From: Ginglymostoma cirratum
Taxonomy: Eukaryota
Direction of reading: 5' to 3'
Length of the DNA stretch: 64,000 bases
Assembly (NCBI GenBank): GCA_024137785.1
Contig: JAHRHZ010000082.1
Coordinates: 5,639,994 to 5,703,993, forward strand
In this document: positions 38,573 through 48,625 of the stretch, piece by piece
Numbering within the stretch: position 1 is the first letter of the stretch
Layout: every line of letters starts with the position of its first letter
Notes under the pieces: model-generated
The model's database searches: none
The model's input: the letters and a program-made list of their open reading frames with translations, nothing else
Told to the model about the DNA's origin: nothing
Made by a program: the position numbers and the translations under genes

Positions 38573-38736
38573 CTGCAAGAAAGTAAACAATTTACAACAT
38601 ATGCACATTCCGCAAGATCAACTGGTACAAGACTCAAATTGTTCTGCACTGATGTTAAACACAGAAAGTACATCAGATGGGAAAATCCAGATTGACTCGA
38701 AAAAAAAAAGCAAACATTTCAGTGTAAAATTCCTAC

Positions 38737-39530
38737 AAGAAGTCTCAATGCAATTTGTTGTGCTGTCAAGTTGGGCCTTGTTGCTGGATTCAGACTGTAC
38801 TTCTGCTATGATTACAGCATCTGTGTGAGACATTTTGGGTGTACTTCCCATACAGTAGGTTTAACATTCATATCAAGTCAGTTTAGTTAAAACTGACACC
38901 AAATCGCAAGTGTTATTCTGGCATGATGCCAAATCACCACAAAGGCAGTGTTAGGGTAACCGTACTGGCAGACCTCAGGTTAGTCAGAAGCAACAACACA
39001 GAAATAAAACCAGGACTGTCATGCATGTCTCTGTAGTTCACAATCACAGGGTGCATCCTGGCTGAGGGCTTGAATACTTTCCACTTTGAAAGCATTGATA
39101 GCTGATTTTCTCTGTGTGTTTCCATTGGATGTGGGGTGTTCTTGCCATTATGGAATTTCAGAACAAACACTCTGACAGACCTGAGACACACATCAATCAG
39201 CGCAGTGTGCCAGTTGGTTGATTATTTCAACATCATAAACTTGTGGTGGGATGCAGGCATTTTCACATGCAGAGCAGAACTGAGCAAGGGAAAGAGTGAG
39301 AGAGTCTGTGATTAGAACAAATAATTTTTATTTGGGGTAAATAGTTGATCTCTGGTAGGAATGGTGTGAGTGTGCGTGACTGTCAGTGTGTGAAGAGTCA
39401 GGTGGATTCCTGGATTTTTTCATGTGAAAATACAGAAAGTAATCACAGCCACTAGCAGCAAGGCAAAAAGGCACTAACTGGGTGGAGTCCAACCAATACC
39501 ACTTTGGTCTAGACCAAGCAAAATGTAAAC
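38737..39530 (-). pseudogene. Laminin-like pseudogene: LamB domain 1 exons (39530-~39330, 39180-~38940, 38820-38737)
   Basis: KWYWLDSTQ...SGCDYFLYF; ...SPGFISVLLLLTNLRS; DAVIIAEVQSESS...TNCIETS. Each segment is preceded by an AG acceptor. Confidence 0.55.
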
Positions 39531-39692
39531 CTAAAGCAGTGTTAAACACTGCAGACTGTTTAAATCCACCACCTTCCCCACCCACCACCCCACTCCCCAG
39601 GCATATATTTTATAACCTTATTCAACCTTAATTTAAAAGTTTGGTTGCTGGGATTCCCAGATCACATCACCCACCATCCATACCTTTTCTAC

Positions 39693-39892
39693 CTTCTGCT
39701 CTCAAAATAATTACATCTGTCATTTTTGGGAGACAGCTGTGCCCCATGCAAATATTCAGGCAAGTGCAAACCTGTCGATCAAACAGGACAGTTAAAGTTC
39801 CAGCCAGGCAGGAGCCCAGCAATGTAAACAGGGTTCTGCCTGGCTGGAACCCAAGTTGCAATCTTAGACTGGTAGCTGCAGTGTAAATGCAC
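39693..39892 (-). pseudogene. Laminin-like pseudogene: LE exon ending CxCMGHS (module 1)
   Basis: Acceptor tttcctaag|; ...QPGRTLFTLLGSCLAGT...VCTCLNICMGHSC...RAE; donor G|gtagaa is phase 1, matching the next exon. Confidence 0.6.
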
Positions 39893-40329
39893 CTTAGGAA
39901 ACTCAAAAGCCTGGTCACTGTGGCTTAGTAATTAGATCCTGAGAGGCGTATTACGGCCTACTCAAATGTAATCTCTGATGCTCTGCTCCTTCGAATGCCT
40001 GTACTCCACCCTACACTTCCCCCACCTTTGGCATAGGATGAAATAAGAACTCATTATGAGAAAAATCATTGGCCAGAAGCTGTGTCCCACTCTGATGGAA
40101 ATAAACCACACACTGTGCTACCACAACACTGTGTTTATTTACTTACTTTCAATATGAGTCAGCAAGAAAAGAAAACCAGTACTGAATGAACTGCATGATT
40201 AAAAAAAACAATAGAGACACCTTGAGAAAGCACTAATAAAATGGCAGTCTTAAAAAAATTACGATCGCATAAGAACAGCAATAAATAAAAGGCCAGACTT
40301 GTAACTTAGAAAATACAGAATTTAATCAC

Positions 40330-40394
40330 ATTTTAAACAGATAATATGCAGAATAGCAATTACAATTTTGACCCTAAATGCCGTCCTCACAAGT
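40330..40394 (-). pseudogene. Laminin-like pseudogene: first LE-start exon
   Basis: Long polypyrimidine acceptor ...ctctttctctcaaactacag|; TCEDGI*GQNCNCYSAYYL parallels GNQCQCNGNSIYCI at 33063-33105. Confidence 0.4.
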
Positions 40395-40544
40395 CTGTAG
40401 TTTGAGAGAAAGAGAGGAAAGACAGCTTTTTGCGTAAAAGAACAGATGCTCACATCAATTCTCTTGTCACTAAATTAAAAGTTATTTTCTTTGCTTCCAA
40501 CTTTAGATATCTCCTATTTCAAGTACCATATTTCTAAAGAGAGG

Positions 40545-40783
40545 GCTTTTTTGTTCTTTCACGGGATGTGGGCACGTTGCCAATTGCCCTTGAGAAGGTA
40601 TTGGCAAACCACCTTCGTGAACCACTGCAGTCCATCTGGCATAGGTACACCCACAGAGTTATTAGAATAGGAGTCCCAGGATTGTGGACCAGCAAAGTGA
40701 AGGAGTATCGTTCCAAGTCATGATGGCATGAAGGAGAAATTGCAGGTAGTGGTTTTCCTAAGCATCTGCTGCCTTTGTCCTTC
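40545..40783 (-). mobile_element. LINE 3'-end fragment inserted in the pseudogene signal-peptide exon
   Basis: The tail (gggatgtgggc...aattgcccttgagaagg) resembles the tail of the SINE family in this window. Confidence 0.6.
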
Positions 40784-40880
40784 AAGTTCGGCTCTGATTC
40801 CCGTGAAGACCAAATAACGAACTTATAGAAGGAACTGCCCATAGCACCAACACAAAGAAAATCACTAGAGAAGATTTCAT
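40782..40880 (-). pseudogene. Laminin-like pseudogene: signal-peptide exon, cut by a LINE insertion
   Basis: Acceptor ttggtttgttgtag/ctacag, then aaaATG: MKSSLVIFFVLVLWAVPSISSLFGLHGNQSRT*. The stop falls at the junction with the LINE remnant 40545-40783. Confidence 0.6.
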
Positions 40881-41699
40881 TTTTAAAGGCTGTAGCTACA
40901 ACAAACCAACGAAAACCAATATAATTCAACAATTAATTAACAGATGATGCAAAATAAAATAAAGTTTCACATTAAATAGTTGATACAACAAAGATATGCC
41001 TCACATAGTCAGAAGTGTTTAGATTATCAAATGGATCACAGAATTTTCAACTTGGCCCTCACTACACAGGTGTCTCACACCCCATGCAATAATTTAGCCC
41101 TTGAATCACATTCATCAGTAAGCATATTATGTCTAAAATCATCCCAAGAAACAGTTATCACCAACAAAGTTGCACATTTATGAATTGTCTCTCACTTGGG
41201 TCATGGCACACCTGAAAGCACAGAATATCCAAAGACTCCCCTCCCCGACCCCTTTAAATTGACTTGTGGGTTCTGGATACGTCTTGTCCAAAAATGTGTT
41301 GCCACTCCTATCTTCTACTTTCTGCTCTTTCCAACTCAATAAAACAATCTCTGTTTATTCTCAGAGACTTGCTTCAATATCAGGATCTATTTGCAGACTG
41401 ACAAACAGAAACCTTTTTCCACTTGGAAATAACTTTGCGTTCTCTTTTGGAGAAATGTTCAGTGCATTCTGAAATTCCATCAATGCAACACTGTCTGACC
41501 AAACCCCATTGCAAATTATTGCGCATTTGTTTTTTGTTTTTTTAACTGTTATCCCCAAAGCAATCTCAGGCTGCATAGCCGTATCTTGGAACCTAGTCAT
41601 GTCATAATTATGAAACTAATTAAGCGACTTTCAGAATACTCTCAAGTCATTTTTGGTCTTAAAGGGGTATTGAACAAAAGTAAATACAGACTTTTAGGA

Positions 41700-42830
41700 G
41701 TGCACAGGTCATCAGTATGATAGAAGCCACTAATTTGAAAGGTGCTGTTGCAGGACACTTTGCAAATTACTATAATATGTCTTGTGGTTGTGCTGCCACA
41801 GTATGTCAGAGGTGGAATAGTTAAGGTGGTAGCTTGGGTGCCACTCAAGTGAGCCACTTTGTGCTGGATGGTGTTGAACTTTTTGACATTTGTTGGAGCT
41901 GCACTTATCCGAGGAAGTGGAAGTATCTCGACATGCCTTGTTGATGGTGGATGGAATTTGAGGATATAGGAGGTGAGTTAATCATCACAGTATTCCTAGT
42001 CTTTGGTCTGCTCTTGTAGTCATGTTACTTATATATTGGTTCAGTTCTGTTCTTTGTTGATAGCAACTCCCAGGATGTATCTAGCACAGGCTTCAGTGAT
42101 GCTAATGCCGTTGAATATCAACAAGAGATGATTAGATTCTTTTTGCTTAGAGAATCATTGCCTGGCACTGTGTGGCATGAATGTTATTTGCAGTCTCAAA
42201 TTTGAATTTTAGCTTGCTGCTTATGGATACAGCCTGCTTCAGTTTTTTGAGAAATTGAAATTAGTTCTAAACATTATGCAATCATCAGCAAACATCCACA
42301 CTACTCCTTATGATACAGGAGTTATTGGGGATGCAGTTCAAGATGGTTGTGCCTTGAACACTACCTTAAGGACCGCCAACAGTAATGTCTTTGTGACTGA
42401 GATGATTGACCTCCAACAACCACAGCCATCTTTCTTTGTGCTAAGTATGACTCCAACAAAGGGGTTTTCCCCCAGTCACTATTGTCTTCAGTTTTGCTAG
42501 AGCTCCTTGTTACCATACTTAGTCAAATGCTGCCTTGATGCCATAGACAGTCACTTTTACTTCAGCTCTTGAGTTCCTCTCTTTTACAAATTGGTTGGGC
42601 AGTAATCGGCTGGATTAGGTTTGTCCTTCTCTTTTAGGACAACACATAACCTGGGCAATTTTCCACATAAGAGATGCTTTTTTTCTCTAGTTATATTGGA
42701 ACAGCTTCGTTTAGAGGTATGGCTACTTCTAGAGCACAAGTCCTCAGTACTATTGCCAGGGTATGATCAGGGCCCATGGCCTGTGAACTATCCGGTGCCT
42801 TCAACAATTTCCTGAAGTTATATAGCGTGC
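41700..42830 (-). mobile_element. Decayed LINE ORF2 (RT) fragment
   Basis: Antisense motifs atcatcagcaaacat (MFADD) and caaatgctgccttgatg (IKAAFD). Confidence 0.7.
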
Positions 42831-43059
42831 CTGAAGAAGGGAGAGAAATTCATCTTTACACTCCATAGTGCAAGGTCAATAGTTCAGCTGTGATCAATAT
42901 CAAATAAAATTGCCATTTGAAAGTGGAAAAAGTTAACTTCTAGGTGTGAATGACACTTTCTGGAGGTGGGTATTAAGCAGCTTGCACATGCAAATCAGAG
43001 CCCTAACCTTGCTGTTAGATCTTGATTAAAATTGGTTTGCAAATTGGCAGAGTTTATGG

Positions 43060-43490
43060 GAACATAAGAATTAGGACCAGGAATACGCAATTCAGGCCCT
43101 CCCGCCTGCTCCACGGTTTAGTACGATCATGGCAGATCTCATCTCAGTCTCAACTGCACTTTTTCACCTGCTCCCCATAATCCTTTAACTCATCGCTAAT
43201 TAAAAATCTGAGATCTCCTCCTTAAATTTATTTGATGTCCCACCATGCACCACCCTCTGGGGTAGTGAATTCCACAGAGTCATGACCCTTTGAGAGAAAT
43301 AATTCCTCCTCATCTCTGTTTTAAATCTGCTTCTCCTTATCCTAAAGCTATGATCTCTCATTCTAGATTGCCCAACATGGGGAAACATCTAATCTATATT
43401 TATTTTGCGAATCCCGTTTAGCATCTTATATACCTCAATTGGATCTCCTCTCATTCTTCCAAACTCTGGCCTAACCTGCTCAATCTCTCT
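43060..43490 (-). mobile_element. CR1 LINE 3' fragment
   Basis: ORF 43200-43388 MFPHVGQSRMRDHSFRIRRSRFKTEMRRNYFSQRVMTLWNSLPQ. Confidence 0.9.
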
Positions 43491-44669
43491 GTGCCATAAG
43501 TGCTCAGCCCAGTTATTCCTGGCCTTGAGTAGACTAAATAGTTCTACTTAAACTTAAAAAAGTAAGAAAGCATCTCAATATTCGCATTTTGTGGAGCTGG
43601 AAGGGTAAGGATTGCACCTTGTGTTTTCACAAATATACTGGAGACCAGTTCATCACCCTCATAGGACCTGCTTGCAGACTGTATCCAATATAGACCCTGC
43701 CCCTCTATTTCACCTCCCCCACTCTCCTGCACAGGACCTGTCTGCAGATCAACTCCAATCAGACCTCAGGCAAACATCTCTTGGCACATGTTGCAATCTC
43801 AACGATCATTTCGCGCAGGTCTCTGGTATCTGTTGAATTTTCCTTCTTCAGGATCAGCCTGGATGACTCACTGTTTGCTCCTTTTGTTCTTATGGCTTCA
43901 ACTGTCTCCCTGCCATTCCTAGCTCCACATCATTAATCAGGATCAGTTAAGAACTGGCTGCATGAGCGTTTCTGAGTGCAAAATTCACATCCTATCACTT
44001 CACAATTGCTTCGACAATAAAATTGGAAATTTGAAAATACATCCGAACTGCCAACAGAACAGGGAGTGTAATATTCTGGCAAATAAAACCTTTCAAAAAT
44101 GATGAAGTAACTTTTCCACCAACACTACAGTCATTTTTAATTTCAATTCTTCCCTGGAAATCTCCTGCAGTTGATAATGCTGAACAGGTTTCCTATTTCT
44201 AAGATGTTTTCTGGGAATTAGTTCCAAAGGTAATTGAACTTACGATCTGTCATTAGCATTTTTCGTTTAATACAGTCCCTGCCTTAATCATATTAAGTAC
44301 ATAAGAAAATACTTACTGAAAATGCAACAGTTGCTAATGATGTCTTACAAGGAGGAGTCTTTGCAATATCCTGCCTACAGCCAATTCCAGGGATTGTGCA
44401 GAATGCCCAGCAGTTGTAGAAATTTAACTTCACGTGCCTGTTTTTTGGTGTAAGACTAATATTTTACTGGTGACCAATATCAGACAAAAATCTCACTACC
44501 TCAGTTAGAAAATGTTGAATTCTCAGTGTGAGTGACACCCACTGAAAACAGGTATTAAGCAGCTTGCATATGCAAATCATTACTCTGACACCAGCTGTCG
44601 CATCATCATCAAAATTAGTTTGCACGAGTGAGTTTTGTACCATAAATGCTTAGCCCAGTTGTTGCTCAG

Positions 44670-44860
44670 GTCTAGAAAACAGAGTTAACATTTTGAGTCC
44701 AGTGACTCTTCTTGAGATGGTCTGTTCTGAAGAAGGATCAGTGGACTCGAAACATTAAATATTCTTTCTCGCCACAGATGCTGCCATACCTCTTTGAGTT
44801 TTTACAGCAATGTCTGGTTTTGTTTCAGATTTTCAGTTCTGCAGTTCATTGTTTTATGTT
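44670..44860. mobile_element. Partly palindromic Penelope-derived terminal repeat
   Basis: gttaacattttgagtccagtgactcttctt inverted against ctgaagaaggatcagtggactcgaaacattaa. Confidence 0.65.
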
Positions 44861-45659
44861 ATTCAGGTCTGGTCAGTCCTGGTCTTGGGCAGTCTAAATA
44901 GCTGTGCTTAAAGGAATAAAGAAAAGGAAAACATTTTAATAGTTCCAGTTTTGTGAAGTTTGTGAACTAGTTTCAGTTCCAACTTCCACTTAAAATTGGC
45001 AAGTACCTTTATGCAAGTCTTTCCAAAGCATCTGGTCTGCCTACACATGTCCGTCTGATTGCATGGCTTCAGGAAAGGACTACCAAGTGATTTATTTCAT
45101 TGAAAATTTATTTAATCCAATTTTTAATGAAATGGTTGAGTAATACAATTCCTCTGGGCATTGCCTTAAGTGAAATTGTGCAATATCCGCTTTGTGCAAT
45201 AAACCAAAGCACTTTTATTACTGACATGTTCTATCGTGGTATTAACGATAACATATAAGCGTTGGGTCCATAGACTGCATTGGTAACTACAATGTGCAAC
45301 ATAGTAGCAGTAACTGGACACAACTCATAATGTCTTGCCACCGTTACAAGGGGAATTAATTTTAATGTTAACATGAATTTTGTAACTTTCACCATACAGT
45401 TCCAGTGAAACTGTGATCACTTCCAGCTGAACATGTTCTAGAGGGATTACACCCCTCACCAGTGCTATTTAAAGGCGCAACTAACCGACTTGCAGATGAG
45501 GTGTTTTTGAGTTCCTTATACTATGGACAAATTTGTGAAAATACTACAGCTTGTTTGTGGAAGCCTCCTGGTAAACTGCTGTAAACAATTAGGGAGGATA
45601 GGGCTATTGGTCACCTTCACACACCATGAGGTGCGAGAGAGCTATGTTACAGTACTTTC

Positions 45660-46380
45660 TTGTGTCTGGACAAGGGCATTCAGCCCCTCCAACCTTCCCC
45701 ACCATTCAATAAGATCATGGCTGATCTGCCCCAGGCCTCAAACTCCTTCTCCCTCAGCTTGTCATAGCCCTCGACCCCCTGGTATCATTCGCTTCCTTTA
45801 AATGCTTTCAGCGATCTAGTCTCCACAATTAGAGGAGTAAATCTGTGAGAGAATTCTAAACGTTTGCCACCCTCATGGAATCATAGAATTGTACAGTACA
45901 GAAAAGGCCCTTTGACTCATCAAGTCCATACTGCCAAAAATCCACTCCAGTGTACTTTAGTCCCATTTCCCACACTAGGTCATAGCCTTGAACCTTGTGA
46001 CCTGTCAAGTGCTCATCCAAGTACATTTTAAAGATTGTGAGGTTTTCACCCCACCTCCCAGGCAGTGCATTCCAGGCCCCCATCACATACCGGGTGAAAA
46101 TGATTTTCCTCAAATCCTCTCTGAACCTCCTGTCTTTCCCCTTAAAATTATGCCCTCTTGTTCTTGATCCTTCCAGTTGGGGAATGCTGCTTTCTATTCA
46201 CTCTGACCATTCCCCTCATAATGTTATACATCTCTAAGTTCGATTATTGGCAATGATTACCATAGCAGCCTCCAGGCAGAGAAATTCCTTCACGTCTCAG
46301 TTTTAAATGAGTGTCCACTTATTCTGTAATTATGTACCATAGTTCAAGACTCCCCTACTACTGGAAATATCTTCCTGTCA
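45660..46380 (-). mobile_element. Nested CR1 3' fragments
   Basis: ORF 45856-46113 RKIIFTRYVMGAWNALPG...FKMYLDEHL is a CR1 C-terminus, inserted within another CR1 3' remnant. Confidence 0.8.
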
Positions 46381-47084
46381 AGCTCACTCAGAAGTGGTTC
46401 AAGGAAGGTCTTGCCCACTGTGAATTTTAAAGAGCATTTCTCATATCTCCACCACACCCAAAAGCAATGACCAATACAAATGATTCAACAAGGACATGGT
46501 CACTGAACTGTGTTGTCTCTTTCAATGGAGCCTGTATAGTCAGGAGTCAAGGTCACAGTCATATTTAATGCCTATACGACTGGATCATTATCATCCATAC
46601 ATTAATGATCACTGGATTGGGGTGATGTAGGGACCTGGTATTTGTATTATGTTCTCTATAAACAGGAAGAAGCAGGATGAGAGAGCACCTAACGTTCGCA
46701 GGGTGGAGCCATTTATGATGGCGCAGGGAGCCCTTGTGTACACATACATAGCTCTGAGGAAACCCCATGTGTATAATAACCACAAGGATACAATTCCATC
46801 AAGGTAGAACTAGTGTTCAACCACGCACAAACCATAGTTTCAACGAATGCCCACTATACTAACAGCAGGAGGTACTCTACTGTTCCTGTCATTTTTGGGC
46901 ATCCAAGAAAAAACAAAAAGCTGATTGCCAGGAGACAACAGATACCTGCTCCACACCCTGCAGATGAAGCTTTTCTACCAGTTGACTATGTGCATATAGT
47001 GAGCATACAATGAAAGCTATACAGCCACCAAAGACCTTGTGGAGAACACGATCAATGTGCTAAAGTAATGCTTCCACATTTAAG

Positions 47085-47430
47085 GGGATCCGGTTGCAGA
47101 TTTGCTCACTGAGCCGGTGGGTTTGGTTGCAGATGTTTGGTCACCCTGCTAGGTAACGTTGTCAGTGCGCCTCTGGTGAAGTGTTGGTGTTCTGCCCACT
47201 TGTTATTTATATGCATCAGTTTGGTGGAGTGGTTGGCATTACTTCCTGTTTTGTTCTTCAGTGGTTTGTATATTGGGTCCAGTTCAATGTGTTTGTTGAC
47301 AGAATTGTTGTGAATTGTTGTTGCGAAATATTTCTGAAGAAGGGCCTAGGCCCAAAATGTCAGCTTTCCTGCTCCTCTGATGCTGCTTGGCCTGCTGTGT
47401 TCATCCAGCTCTACACCTTGTTATTTCAGG
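47085..47430. mobile_element. Composite of two Penelope-like families (minus-strand 47085-47325; plus-strand terminal repeat 47332-47430)
   Basis: Minus strand NSVNKHIELDPIYKPLKNKNRK* plus a degenerate hammerhead; plus strand ctgaagaagggcctaggcccaaaatgtc...gatgctgcttggcctgctgtgttc. Confidence 0.75.
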
Positions 47431-48264
47431 TTTATGGTAACCTGCTATCAACCATTGCCAAGAGGATCGAGAAGCCACCTTAACAGTAGGAAGAAGAAGA
47501 GAAAGAGGAGGAGGTTCCAGAGCTCCTTTACTCTGGAGGGCTGTTTGGGAGTACCTGCTTAGAATTCACTTCATCTAGAAGAGTATTCCTTCTTCAACAT
47601 AACTCCACCAGCCATATTGAACACCGCATCATAGCAAGTTTCTACAATACAAGCCATGTACAGTAATATTTTGTGAGAAAAAATATATAAATAGGATTAA
47701 ATTCTTCACCCTGGTTCATTCTCTTAGAGTGTGTCTAGTAGGTCTTTTGCCTGGTCTAGTGCTCCCACAAAATATCTCCTCAACGGCTGCAGCATGGCTC
47801 ATGGATTTTCAATGGGTGAGTTTGCAGACAGCCTTGCAGGATGGACTGAAGCAGATCTGGGTCTTGAGGGTCTGGTTCCTGTCTGCACCTTTTTTGTCAA
47901 GTAGTTGATCAACACTTCCATTCTGAAGACCCTGGGTGCCATGCACTGCATGTGCTACTCCGGTGCCAGGTCATTCTGTACACCTTGACAGTGACAGGAG
48001 GTTGTCTGATAGAGCTGACATTGCACCAAGAATCTTAATGTGCGTGCTCTTTAGCAATCTCCTTTAAGTCACCCCAGCAAAGTCCTCAACTGAGTCTCCA
48101 TCCAGTCAAGCAGCTGCATAGGCTGTCCATTTTCCCTTGGGTTTGCTACAGTCCTCTCACACCTGGTGACTCAATATCTGTTGCTCACAACTTTGTACTA
48201 ATCTTTAGAGTTTGCATAGTGTCAGTGTCTGAGCTGTTAGCAGAGAGTGTCAGATTATTGATGG

Positions 48265-48625
48265 GTTTTTTTATTCATTCATGGGATGAGGGTATCGCTG
48301 GTTAGGCAGCATTTATTGCCCATCCCTAACTGCCCAGAGGGCAGTTAAGAGTCAACTACATTGCTGTGGGTCTGGAGTCACATGTAGGCCAGACCAGGTA
48401 AGGATGGCAGTTTCCTTCCCGAAAGGAAGTTAGTGAACCAGATGGGTTTTTCCAACAATCAACAATGGATTCATTGTTCATCATTAGAAGATTAATTCCA
48501 GATATTTATTGAATTCAAATTTTACCATCTGCCATGGGGGGAATTCAAACCCAGGTCCCCAGAATGTTGTCTGGGTCTCTGGATTAACAGTCCAGTGATA
48601 ATACCACGAGGCCACCACCTCCCCT
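48265..48625 (-). mobile_element. tRNA-derived SINE, ~350 bp
   Basis: Second copy of the 30213-30568 family. Confidence 0.9.

Larger units (their letters stand above)
26260..40880 (-). pseudogene. Decayed multi-exon gene for a secreted laminin-like protein: signal peptide + 3 x (laminin EGF repeats + laminin IV/B domain)
   Basis: About 15 splice-bounded minus-strand segments translate, in collinear order, to SP, LE and LamB-like motifs. Examples: CLNICMGHSC; SPGFISVLLLLTNL; GNQCQCNGNSIYC; KNCDRKNYH..ACLQCFC; RYF-LLPHSNFRGDQ..LIFIF; MTPVAL*ETYSNVTSCLIYA. Many stops and frameshifts. Homology judged by eye against remembered laminin gamma motifs. Confidence 0.7.
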
